Part shown: positions 37,481 to 49,250 of the stretch, piece by piece
How positions within the stretch are numbered: position 1 is the first letter of the stretch
How the letters are laid out: each line of letters opens with the position of its first letter
From: Flaccisagitta enflata
Lineage: Eukaryota
Direction of reading: 5' to 3'
Assembly: GCA_965153355.1 (NCBI GenBank)
Contig: OZ231126.1
Coordinates: 27,838,001-27,902,000, forward strand
DNA: 64,000 bases
Position numbers and translations under genes: made by a program
The notes under the pieces: generated by a model
What the model was told of the DNA's origin: nothing
What the model saw: the letters and a program-made list of their open reading frames with translations, nothing else
The model's database searches: none

Positions 37481-37666
37481 ATGTCGATTTGAACGAGACA
37501 TTGGAGGCGTCGACGCCGGCGATCACCATCACCGAGTCCAAGTCTTCGTCACATCACCAGCCTCAACCAACGACGCGATCACTTTCAGCAGCCTCGGACT
37601 GCGATGACAAAAGCCTCGCCGGTTCCAGTCTCACCGCCACGCCCACGGCACAATGCGGCTCTGAAA
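37481..37666 (+). CDS. tail exon DVDLNETLEASTPAITITES... (probably CARMIL)
   Basis: ttttgcag|AT...GAAA|gtgagt, 186 nt, phase 1-1. Weak resemblance to CARMIL1 DLDKALEEVPIHIE upstream of the CPI motif. Confidence 0.7.
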
Positions 37667-38849
37667 GTGAGTGGTCTATCTTTATTTGCGAGAATCGTTT
37701 GGTTCACCTTCAACCTGCCGAGAAATAGGGCGGAAAAGCTCAGTGAGTTAAAATCTTCCGATGCGTTTAATACCTTTGCTCCACTTGGTCACTTTTTAGT
37801 CGCGTGCACGTGACTCTACAACCCGCTATGTCCGTCGGTCGGTCCGTCCGTCTGTCCGTCCGTCTGCGTTAGCTTTTTCGGTGTATGGGCGGTTTTTGCG
37901 TTACTGCTCCTGCCCAAATGCTTGGGTAAGCCTTTATCATCATTGCCCCTGCCCACCCGCACGCGACTTTGGCTCGTGTATACGGCCTTGTTTGATCTTA
38001 CCCCTGTTAAAGTATGAACAACATTTCGTAAAGACTGATGTATGAGCCACACGATGACATCAAAACCTCTTGTGGATTGAGGATGGGAGTGATATTGACA
38101 CTCATAACTGATTTTGACACCCATAACTGATTTAGATTTGTATTATGTGTGTTTTAACGGTGGCATTTTTGCTAAAGCTACCGGTTTTGTTTCTCCCTCC
38201 AAAGAGAAGACCATGATACACGGCCACCTTAGTCAGCTTCAAGTGGACGGGGAAGAGGGTCACAAGGGCATTTAGGCAGGGTCAAAAAGCTCACAAATGC
38301 TAAGAAAGTGACACGGGCCGACAAAGCTTGGCATAGTCGCGTAGCACGCTACCAAAGAGAACACGGCAGCTGCGAAAGGCATTGAAGTCATAACTTTGTC
38401 TGGCGGGTGATGAGTGAAGACTGAAAAAAAAGTATGTCGGGATTGGGGGCAATTTTTTTCGGATCCCTTCCAGCCGTGTCAAGCTTGTTATTCGAATTTA
38501 TTGCCCATAGATTCTTGACACGTCTTGTAACCTCTCAACTCGCTTATTAGTTTTCAATATTTCTCTTCCCCCTTCCTTTTCTCACCCGATTTCATTTCTT
38601 GGTCTCCTGTATGTTTGTCTGTCGTGATGGTTTTATTTGTCCGTGTGCTTACGAGTCCAAACTTCATCATTCGTTTTTCTTAAAGATCTGGTTTTTGTGA
38701 ATGGCCGTCTTTATGTCTATTTATCGGTCCGTATTTCTTTTTCTTTCTTTCTTTCCTCTCTTGCCTTATTTCTTTTCCCTCTTTCCTTCTTTATTTTCTG
38801 TCTAGCCTTCTTTATTTTCTCTCTTGCCTTCTTTCTTGCCTTCTTTCCT

Positions 38850-38900
<51 letters not shown>

Positions 38901-38986
38901 CTTTCTTCTTCTTTCTCTCCGCTTTGCTATATATGTGCAATATTATATTTATGTAACATTCTCTCTCTCTCTCTCTCGTGTTTCAG

Positions 38987-39094
38987 CGGGTAGTTTCCTG
39001 GCGTCAGTGATGGGCGTGATGGCGTCTCCTTCCGATGGAATATCATCTTCCAATGACGTCGCTTCCTCGTCTCCTGTCTCGCCAACTACACCGG
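38987..39094 (+). CDS. tail exon TGSFLASVMGVMASPSDG...SPTTP (probably CARMIL)
   Basis: gtttcag|CG...CCGG|gtaagt, 108 nt, phase 1-1. Confidence 0.7.
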
Positions 39095-40647
39095 GTAAGT
39101 TCATTTGAAGGGGGAGACTTGACTTATAGCTCTTCTCAGTATATATTCCTTCTTCCCGTTTCTTAATCTTTGGCCCTTTGCTCTGTTATGTTGGATGAAT
39201 GTCTTTATTCCAGGATGCCGTAAGTTATCATCAGCAGTAAATTTCGCTAATGCCATCTATTGGTTCGTTGGCCAGTTTGACGGAGTTGAATTGGTATAAA
39301 ACAAGGCCGGATACACAGCTACCCCAGTCGCGTGCGCGTGGGCAGGGGCTGTATTTGAGGTCACTGGGCAGGAGCATTAAGGCCAAAGAGCGCAAAAACC
39401 CATAGAGAGTAAAGTGTGACGGACGGACGGACCGACGGACGGACCGACAAAGTGGGGTGTAGAGTCGCAAGTTTCTGTCTTATGGTGTGACATGGTTGGC
39501 ACAGAAACCACCTGCGTCCCGCAAGGCGTGGTAAAATTTACATTGTATTTGATTTGGCCGACTTAGTTTGTCGGTTTCTTCGCTTTCTGACAAAACGGGA
39601 ATGTATCGGTTGTTTTTCAGTTGAACAAAGGGTTCAAATGAGAAACCGATTTTTGTCGCGAGGTCGAATTTCCAATACTGAGTGATGCGACTGATGGCGT
39701 ACGTAAAACAGACCGCTTGCGGTAAATGGGGTTTATCAAGGTGGTTGTAAGTCATGATGGAAAGGCTTCCTTTGGGGTGTGAAGGCGCTTGAGCGCTTTC
39801 AATTTACTAACTGGGATTCCTACAAGAATTTATACTGCATAATAATTGAAGCGGAAATGAACGCTTCCGAATCCCTTGTTCTAATTGTGAAACTAAACAA
39901 CATCTATTCGTGTTCTCCACAAATTGTCCGCGTCATTTTTCGTGATATTTCACCGCAACTCGGGAATTATGAATTTTTGATTTATCGATTTGGTTGGATG
40001 TTCTATGAAAGCTAGACATCATTACTACTCAACCCCTATCTTACTTATGTTCAATCGCGAGTGAGATGGATGCGATTTTGGCAGAGAAATGATTACATAA
40101 GATTGCATCGGTTGGGAATCCGGACAAGGAACATGTTGAGATGGACTGATGCCTGATGGATAGCTTCCAATATAAACGAATGAAACGAACGATGCTGATA
40201 ATAAGAATCCAGACTTATCATTGGACTGAAGCGATCAATTGACAAAAACGCATGACATAACCTCTTGATTTGGTCTCAAACGACGCACATTTTGAGCAAG
40301 GGCAGTTTCGCGCCGCCTGTTTGTCTGTTTGTCTCTTGTCGCCAACAACTTGATTGTTCCACTTTCCCCTCCACTGCATGCACCTTATGAACTGAAAGGC
40401 TTTAACAGTAGTTGGCATGATCACAGTGTAATAGTATTCCAGAATCAAGTCATTTCCATGTTCAAGTCTATTCCAGACTCAAGATTCTCAGCTAGCTGAG
40501 AGGGAAAAAAACTCAAACATTATCTACTAGTTTGGCTTATCTCTTATCATATGTGATCCATGGTTCTATTCCCGAATCAAGTCTTTTCTATGTATGAGTC
40601 TATTCCAGATTCAAGAATCTCAGCTAGCTGAGAGGGAAAACTTATTC

Positions 40648-43096
40648 TTTTTGTCCCCGACGAACAGTTTTCGTCGGTGACTATGAGTTAGCCTGTTTGT
40701 GCTAGTCTGTGTGTCTGTCTAAAACCTTCTCTAACTTTTGAACTAGACTTCAGAAGTTCATGAAACTTTACCAGTGTTGTTTTTATGTCAATGGGAGCTT
40801 GTGTACTAATTTTCAGAAAAATTCATAAACTTTTACTACCCTTTGCCTATTATTTTTGTAGTAATATTTAGTTGGGACTTAGATGGTTTACATAGGTAGA
40901 GGGTAGTAAAGATTTATGATTTTTTTTTTAATTTGGTATACAAGTAGAGGGTAGTAAATAAACAACCCCTGCAAAATTTGAATTAAATTTGAAGTCTGGT
41001 TTATGAGATATTAGCTTATTTATGTAGTAGTATGTTGCTAGGACTTTGGCAATTTACATAGGCAAAGGGTAGTAAAGGTATGTGAATTTTTTTCTAATTT
41101 GGTACACAATTAGAGGGTAGTAAATAAATAACCCCTGCAAAATTCGAATTAAATCTGAAGTCTGGTGTATGACATATTAACTTATTTATGTAGTAATATG
41201 ACATATTAACTTATTTATGTAGTAATATGTTGCTGTGACTTAGGCAGTTTACATAGGCAAAGGGTAGCAAAGATTTGTGAATTATTTTTTAATTTGGTAT
41301 ACAAGTAAAGGATATTAATTGAACTGCCCCTGCAAAATTTGAATTAAATCTGAAGTCTGGTTTATAAGATATTAGCTTATTAATGTAGTAATATGTTACT
41401 AGGACTTAGGCGATTTGTATTGAGGATTGGAGTTGATGAATTCTTTTACTTGCTCATTTGTTACATTCTGATTTTTCTTTAGGTTTGCCATCATACTGGA
41501 ATTCATATGCCGTTGTTTTTTTTTATTTGATTTCACCATCATAACAGTCTCTTATGCTAAATTATAAGGAAACTACAAGCTTAAACATTGAAAACTGATG
41601 AAAAATTGAGGTAGAGTGTTGTTGTCTTGTGGTTCCCTTAATTAGAAATTGTTTTTGACTTGCCGCTTAAGGGCTGGGCGTTCTGCCCTCGGTGAGGTCA
41701 TTAAAATAAGAACAGCTTATATATTGTCCTTTTATGGACCTAAACACTTCGATCTATAAAGAGATTTTCCCACTTCTTACATAACTAAAGATCATACTAC
41801 CTTAGTTTATGTAAATCAAATTTTATGATAGTCTAAATCATTTTGACTCGACAAATTCATCCAGAATAATATGGTTTGCATTTTAAGAGAGGTGTCAGTC
41901 CTTATCTTCAGCTGCCAGTAGTGCTGACCTCGAAACTTGAAAAAGAATCATCTGATATTTCACATTCTAAGACATAGTGAAGAGACTATGACCAAGCACT
42001 AAGCCACTATGATTTTTGTTGACATAGTGAGAAATCGCTCTCTAAATTCTGCTAGGATCTGCCAATACCGAATTGGCGTTGCTTTACTTTTTTCACACTT
42101 TTTTTCATATTTTTCCTCCATTTTCAATTAAAAACTAAAAAAGATCAAAATACATCAAAAATGATCTCGTCATGAACAATGATGATGCTGACAATTGAAA
42201 TTGACAATGACGACAACAATGCTGACAACTACGACAACAACGGCGATGACAATTACAACAACAATAATAACAGTAACAACTTAGGGTACGTCTATCATAC
42301 TTTTAATTAGTAACTGTCCCAACTCGTTATAGGTTGATGCAATTAGGCCCTTAGAAGACTTTTGTAAGCTATTTATGTTTGAATGACCTTTCCGGGGGTA
42401 GAACACCCAGCCCTTAAGCTTTAGAAAAAAAAATTCAAAAGATTAACTTTTTTCAAAATCATTGAAAGGTGCAGGGTAATACCCCTTTTTAGGCTTCCCC
42501 AGCGGCGCTCTTCTTTACACATGCATGGATTTCAAGATTCATCTTCAACTACTGTCATCATCTTCAACTACTGTCATCATCTTCAACTACTGTCATCATC
42601 TTCAACTACTGTCATCATCTTTAACTACTGTCATCATCTTCAACTACTGTCATCATCTTCAACTACTGTCATCATCCTCATCTACTGTCATCATCTTCAT
42701 CTACTGTCATCATCTTCGACTACTGTCATCATCTTCAACTACTAAATTTTTTTGAAGATTTTTTGAAATTTTTTTTGAAAATTTTTTGAGATTTTTTTTT
42801 TTTAATTTTTTGAAAATTTTTTTTTTTGAAAATTTTAAAAAGAAAATTTTGAAATTTTTTTTTGGAAATTTTTTGAATATTTTTTTTAGATTTTTGTTGT
42901 CATTATCATTCATTGTTGTCATCATCATCATCCACTATTGTTATCATTATCAAGTTTTGTCATCAAAACAATATTGAATATTTTTTTTTCTTTCTTGAAA
43001 TTGCTGTCATATATCTCATCGAGTTGCGTTTATGCAACGAGAAAGCTTCAAAAATTACAGTCCCCCGTCGGGGACTGTAATTTTGAAGCTTTTTTT
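40648..43096 (+). mobile_element. HINE/Helentron-like element, family C, with 166-bp central repeats
   Basis: 5' GTCCCCGACG..CGTCGGTGAC hairpin, GTCT microsatellite, 166-bp repeats (40830-41415), 3' hairpin AAGCTTCAAAAATTACAGTCCCCCGTCGGGGACTGTAATTTTGAAGCTT containing the subTIR. Confidence 0.8.
42539..42745 (+). repeat. 19-bp minisatellite (ATCTTCAACTACTGTCATC)~11
   Basis: Direct inspection; no spacers. Confidence 0.9.
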
Positions 43097-43815
43097 CTTA
43101 ATGTTTAGCTCACTTTTTTGCATCATAGGTAGGGTAAAGAAGTAGACTAAAGATTTCAAATATTTTCCCCTCTCAACTAGCTGAGAGGCTTTGTTACGGA
43201 AAAGCTTTGACTTAGGAATAGTCTTGAGGAAAATAGGTAAGCAAAACAAGAAGAAAACCAAACTTTGAAATTTTTCTCTCAACTAGCTGAGAGTCTCGAG
43301 TAACAAATAGACTTGTACAGGGAAATGACTTGATTCTGGAATACTATTATAGTGTGAGCATGTCGCCCACTGTTAATGAACAGCTTTTTCTATGTTTTAC
43401 AATATTTTTCTTTGGTTATGAACATTGCGTATTGCCACTTGGGGCATTCAGTGGTTCTACTTGTGATTCTATCTAATTGTTGTTTGCTCATTCTTCGATT
43501 GTTCAATCATTCTAAGTTCTAACTGTCTACATCCGCTCACGCCAAAGTGGATCGAGAGAAGCGACCGTTATTTTTACTCCTCTTTCGATTTATCGAATCT
43601 TCATCGGGCATCTCGAATCTTTTCGAAAAGTGAAATTTTAATGGGAGGGGTTTTAAGAGTCACTAAACGCGAGGCAACATGTGGGTGAAGAAAGTGGGGC
43701 TCTTCAATGCTGTGGTTGGTTCTTTCAAACGACTCATCGCCCCTTATTGGCTCACCTTCTTTGTAATTTAATAAAATGAAGGGGACAGGAAGAGAAAAGG
43801 AAATAAAGGAATCAT

Positions 43816-43821
<6 letters not shown>

Positions 43822-43905
<84 letters not shown>

Positions 43906-44157
43906 CAGACATGGACAGACATGGACAGACATGGACAGACATGGACAGACATGGACAGACATGGACAGACATGGACAGACATGGACAGACATGGACAGAC
44001 ATTGACAGACATTGACAGACATTGACAGACAGATGCAGATAGTGACACACAGAAAGAAATACAGACAGAGCCATTGGTAGACAGAGCTGAGATACAGAGA
44101 GAAACCTTGACACGGATGGACTGACCGAGAAACGGGGAGGGACCCACTGTAAGTCAA

Positions 44158-44246
<89 letters not shown>
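43822..44246. repeat. (GA)n tracts flanking a 10-bp (ATGGACAGAC)n array
   Basis: (GA)n 43822-43900 and 44161-44246; decamer array 43901-44030. Confidence 0.95.
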
Positions 44247-44250
<4 letters not shown>

Positions 44251-44604
44251 GAAGAAGAAGAAGAAGAGAGAAAAGACGAGATATGGAAAGAAAGCGAGTG
44301 GATGAATTTCAAAAACAACGAAGGCATCTACAGTTTGGTCTCTTTTTTTCTGGATAAGGGGAAATAGTTTCCCTTTCTCTCTCGTTCCTTGCCAAGATTT
44401 TACTGACCGGATTAGTCATCCTTGCCAAGCCAGAATCTGAAATTGTTTTTCTCCCCTGCTGAACTTGAATCAATCTTCGACTTAAGACTTTGTTTTTGAG
44501 TTTTAATGATATCGACCTTAAGAAAAAAAATAAAATCTTCAATCAATCCTAAAACTCTAATTTTTCTTCGTTTGTCATTCTCTCGCTCAATCTCCGCACC
44601 CGGC

Positions 44605-44636
<32 letters not shown>

Positions 44637-45196
44637 CACACACACACACACGGGAAAGAGTCTCCGATAATGTTCTTGAATTTCATCCGGAATTTAGTAC
44701 TTCAGTCCCGGATGTCGTTTCTTTTGCTACAGCAGTGGGATTGCAGCTGGATGAGGAACGGTCGCGTATGACGTCATCCTCTTCGCATATTCCATGGCAT
44801 CTCGCCCCTTTCTATGAACCCAAATCGACCGTTGATCTAAATTTTTCATCGCCTTTTGAAATCACCGGGTTGCACGCATATTTACCATGCGGGCTGTGAA
44901 GAAGCCCCCATATCCCAATAGAAAAACCACTGTAATGAAAAAAGGATTCTGATGACGCAATAAACAATAACAACAGACTGTTTATCATGCCCGGTGGGAG
45001 GGTCGGTCATACAAGTAATCTTCACTTTAATGCGGAAGCATTTTGATGCGAGACGCAAGGAAAACAAACAAGCTAACACTAGCTAAACAAAAAAGTAAAC
45101 AAATTGAAACAGCTAAGAAAGCAACAAAAGTAAACCAAGAAGCTCCGAACGAGTCTACCACAACCGACATTATTAGTCCTCATCTCGTACGTGAGA

Positions 45197-46140
45197 ATGA
45201 CGCCGTATCAACCCCCACGCTTCCGACGTTTTCATGCCTCATTTCTTGCCATATTCGTGTATATTTTATCGTCGAGACATTCAACTCTGGCGGCTCGCTT
45301 CATTCACACTGCCATGCCGAAAGGAGCGCCGCGCGTGACGTTCACTTGCGACTCTTCCTCTTGGATCAAAGAGGATTTGAAGAAAGTGGACACGGTGATT
45401 TCTCTCGGCACTCAATTGGCCGCCGACGTCCCGGGAGGCGTGGACAAATACCGCCTCGCCCGAGATGGCAAAGAGTTGACGGTGCAAAACCTGGTCGAGG
45501 AAGACTCGGGCGTTTTCAAGTGTAAAAACTATAAATGCTCTTTGACGGTGGCCCGGAATCCCGAGTGTAAACCCGTGAAAGTTACGTTTCAAGAAGGCAA
45601 AGAACAAACTCTGACTTGCGGCGACATTTTCGTTAATCCCGGCGCCACTTCCGCTTCCCACGCGGCCGCGGCGCCGCGCGTCGATTGGCTTCTTGACGAC
45701 GCAATCTTGCTGTCCGAGGAACCAACCGAATATATCGCCGCCGCCGCAGCCAACGCCAAAGCGGCGTCGCCCGCGGCCAACTCCGGCGCCGCGGATGAGG
45801 ATGAAACGGGCGCCACTTCCGCCCGCAGCACCGCCGCCGAGACGTACGCCGTCGACTTCCGGTTCGATCCCAAATTCACACACAATGGCAAAAGACTCTC
45901 CTGCGTGTTGGAATACTCGCATTGGAACGCGTCCTTTCCTAAACCTTCCTGTGGAATCGATAAACTGGACGTAAAGTTTGAACCGCGTATCGAATGCCCT
46001 GAAATTCAGTATTTGAATGAAAACAATTCTCGACACGAGGCCTTTTGCGAGATACTCGGCAATCCACGGCCCTCGCAAGAATCCATTTTTTGGAAGGTGA
46101 AAGGAGATAGCCGTCGATTCTACGTCAAAAGTGATGACAG
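45197..46140 (+). CDS. Ig-superfamily type I membrane protein, exon 1 (signal-like region, Ig1, Ig2, half of Ig3)
   Basis: Hydrophobic FLAIFVYIL near the N-terminus. VTFTC..W...ELTVQNLVEEDSGVFKC (I-set-like), TLTC..W...HNGKRLSC (C2-like), FCEILGNPRP..IFW. Donor AG|gtaaaa, phase 2. Confidence 0.85.
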
Positions 46141-46558
46141 GTAAAAAAGTTTTTTAGTCGCGTGCTACACAAACTTTTAAAAGGTGTTTTAAATGTTTTA
46201 GGGGTCGGTCACAAAGTTGTTTAAAAGGCATTTCAAACTTTTAAAAGGTGTTTTAAATGTTTTAGGGTATCAATAAGAACTTGTTGGCTAATTGAAAGGT
46301 CATTTGGAAAACTTTAGTCTGTCTGCCTGTCTGTTTATCCAACGTTTTGTGAAAATGCCGACGCACGCGACTTAGGTCTAATGACCTTGTTTAAAGGCGT
46401 GCGCAAGAGTGCTGAAGAAAAAAACGGGACTATTTCTTTTAAAAAAAGGAAGTCATTTGATGGACAACAAAATTAGTTCAGTTATTTTACTACATCTTTG
46501 CCCATCTGTTATCTCCTAATGGAACCGTTACAACCCTTTTGTCACTCTCATTATTCAG

Positions 46559-46955
46559 GCAAAGACAAGCGGTCAAAGATTTGCCTTACGGCATTCGATC
46601 TTCCCTTTTTCTGAATCAAGATTTAATCAACAAGAATTTCACGATCAACGTCCCCTTTGCCGGAAAGATTCTGACGCGGGATGTGGCGCCAATTCTCGTT
46701 TCCGGTCCTTATCTCACTTGTCCGCGATCCATGCGGCTCGTCAGACGCGATAACAAAGTGGAAATTGGCTGCGAGATCAGAACGGAGCCTCTGATCCCGG
46801 CGAATAATATCACCTGGTCCGTAAAGGGTGAGAAATCCCTTGAGCAAAATGGAGGACAAATGGAAAAAACGTCCTATGGGCAAAATATTGTCATGCTTTT
46901 TGATCTCACGAAGCAAGTAGAACGGAATGATGAGGAAATCAAGATTTCAGTTCAG
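46559..46955 (+). CDS. IgSF protein exon 2 (rest of Ig3, Ig4)
   Basis: attcag|G...CAG|gtatac, phase 2-0. VEIGCEIRTEP..NITW. Confidence 0.85.
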
Positions 46956-47064
46956 GTATACGACACAGTAGAGCAAATTTATATGGCGATGTTTTGGGCT
47001 TTATCATGAATATTTGCCTCACTTTCTTATTTTAAAGTAACTACACCGCTTATTGTTTTAACAG

Positions 47065-47389
47065 GTGACCGGGATATTTGTATCGGCGAAAAAAAGTGTG
47101 TCCATCATACTTAGAGATGCCGCGTCGGTGGAGCAAACGATCAGCGATATAAATGATTGGGTGAACCAGAATGCCGGGTTGTTGTTATTATCCGGCGCTC
47201 TGTTCTTAATGGCCCTCCTCACTTTTGTGGTCATAGTGGTGGCTTGTAGGAAAGGGCTTTTGTGTAGCCCACCTCAGCAGCGGAAATACAACCGACCGAT
47301 GTCACACAATGCGAGAATACCTTCAGCTACGCTGCTTGACGCCCTCAATGATCTTGAATACAAGGCTGCTAGGGGCACAAACACAGCAG
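47065..47389 (+). CDS. IgSF protein exon 3 (transmembrane helix)
   Basis: aacag|GTG...GCAG|gtattg, phase 0-1. LLLLSGALFLMALLTFVVIVVA followed by a CRK stop-transfer sequence. Confidence 0.85.
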
Positions 47390-47473
47390 GTATTGGCGTT
47401 GTCGGGAATGACTTGCATAGTTTCAGATGCCTCCCATAATGCAGATTTCAAATACACGTTCTCTCCCTCTCAG

Positions 47474-47826
47474 GTAACCGAAGATCTTCGTTTACTTTCT
47501 ATGGTGGCGGAGGAGGTGGTGCTACTGGGACAGTGAGCTCAGCATCTCAACCCTTGACCATTGGTCGCGATTCTGTTGACAACTTTGAATGGAGTCATGG
47601 TTTCTCAAAATTGGCTAATGCACTAATTGCCAAAGACACTGATCAAGATGGATACATTCAGTCGCAAGATGCACTGGCTACTGTAAAAACTTACTCCCAA
47701 ATATACAAGCTCAAACTCGATGACGGCATCATCAACAATGCAATGATGACCTGCTCCAACGGTGCTCATGTTGATGTGGAAAGTCTCACGAGATTACTTG
47801 CAAATGCCCATGATACCCAAGCTTAA
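47474..47826 (+). CDS. IgSF protein exon 4 (cytoplasmic, EF-hand-like motif, stop)
   Basis: ctctcag|GT, phase 1. Contains the DTDQDGYIQSQD loop and TAA at 47824-47826. The four exons total 2019 nt = 672 aa + stop. Confidence 0.8.
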
Positions 47827-48635
47827 AGGGGCGGTTTATGACATTTACCAAAGCACCGTTACTTAACCAATATTGTTCACACTTTAAAGACTGTTGAATA
47901 TTTAGTACACCTTTTAGCCATGTGAAATCAAAATCATCAGATGTGAAGCTGTGAACTGACTCATAGTTGTGATACAGTTCCATTCACCTCATCGGTGATA
48001 TGGAAATACCCATAACCAGGCCTGTATATAATTGATATCAAAGGGTCTGGAGATGGGGAAGGAAATCAAAGAGGGAAAAAAAAGAAAATTCTGGGAAAAA
48101 ACAACTTTTGACAGTACCAAATCATAAAAACTAGTTAGTAAAACACAATTTAACACTATCTAAACCTTAACTACACTGTTTTATAGTTTTAAGGGGAAGA
48201 AAATCATAGATTTTAAAACGCAACATGTCGCGGGGAAGAAAATCAAAGGCGGGGGGGGAAATCAAAAGCGACTCAATTATATACACCCCTGCCCATTATC
48301 TATCCAACTGCGCCAGTTGACTGGCAGGCTGTCACGGTATGAAAGGAGTCATCTCTGCTGTCAAGTATTGCTTCTAAGCATAATCTTCTGAGGGCCGAGG
48401 TAAAACACCACGGATTCAAGCTTATTGTTGCTGGGGTTATGTCTGTATTTGTATAGGCTTGCTGTCTTGTGCATTTTTTCTTTTTTTTTTCATTTTCATG
48501 CTACATTGTACGACAATCATTTGATATTGATTGTTGAAAAATACTAATAGCCAGAGCTTCTGTATTTTTGGGTTCATCACGTTCATTTTGAGATTTAAGT
48601 GTGTGCATGTAAGTGTCATGGGGTACTAGATAGAA

Positions 48636-49250
48636 CACCATCCGTTCTAACTACCGCCAGGTGGTTTTCAGTATTACTCTGGATTTTCCGCTTGTTTTCA
48701 CTCAATATGGACCTCCTGAACATGAATCCAGCTTCAAAAAAATCTTTCTTGTGGCGCCTTTTGAAAAAAATCCAAAATTGATAGTTTTTTCTCTTATTTT
48801 GAAGTCAGAATTTTTAAGGTTGTTGGAAGATCTTTTTAGATAGCATATCTGAATTCCTGATAAAATTTCCTTTCATTTGATAGGTCGCACTATATATTTT
48901 TGAAAAGAAATAAAATTTTTATTTTTTAATCCACCGTTACAAAAAGGAACGGTGAGTAAAAAATTGAAAATTTGATCTCTTTTGAAAAATATATAGTGCG
49001 ACCTATCAAATGAAAGGAAATTTCATCAGGAATTCAAATATGCTATCTAAAAAGGTTTTCTAACAACCCTCTAAAACCTGGGTGCATTATAAGATGAAAA
49101 ATTATCAATTTTTGATTTTTTTCAAAAAGCGCCACAAGAAAGATTTCTTTGAAGCCGGATCCTAGTTCAGGAAGTCTATCCTGAGTAAATACAAGCGGAA
49201 AATTCAGAGTAATACTATAAACCACCTGGCGGTAGTTTGGACGGATGGTG
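48636..49250. mobile_element. Chapaev/CMC-like palindromic MITE
   Basis: AGAA|CACCATCCGT...ACGGATGGTG|AGAA (CAC ends, 4-bp TSD). Arms pair over ~290 bp. Confidence 0.85.

Larger units (their letters stand above)
40406..43372. mobile_element. TIR element flanked by TTAA, hosting a HINE
   Basis: TTAA|CAGTAGTTGGCATGATCACAGTGTAATAGTATTCCAGAATCAAGTCATTTCC...GGAAATGACTTGATTCTGGAATACTATTATAGTGTGAGCATGTCGCCCACTG|TTAA. Confidence 0.7.

Noticed and set aside
39480-39755. 91-aa minus-strand ORF
   Set aside because: No recognisable domain and no consistent flanking exons; cannot be supported without expression data.
42539-42745. Regular short repeats resembling a CRISPR array (also the 20/21-bp repeats in HINEs)
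   Set aside because: Units are contiguous with no unique spacers, there are no cas genes, and the context is eukaryotic.
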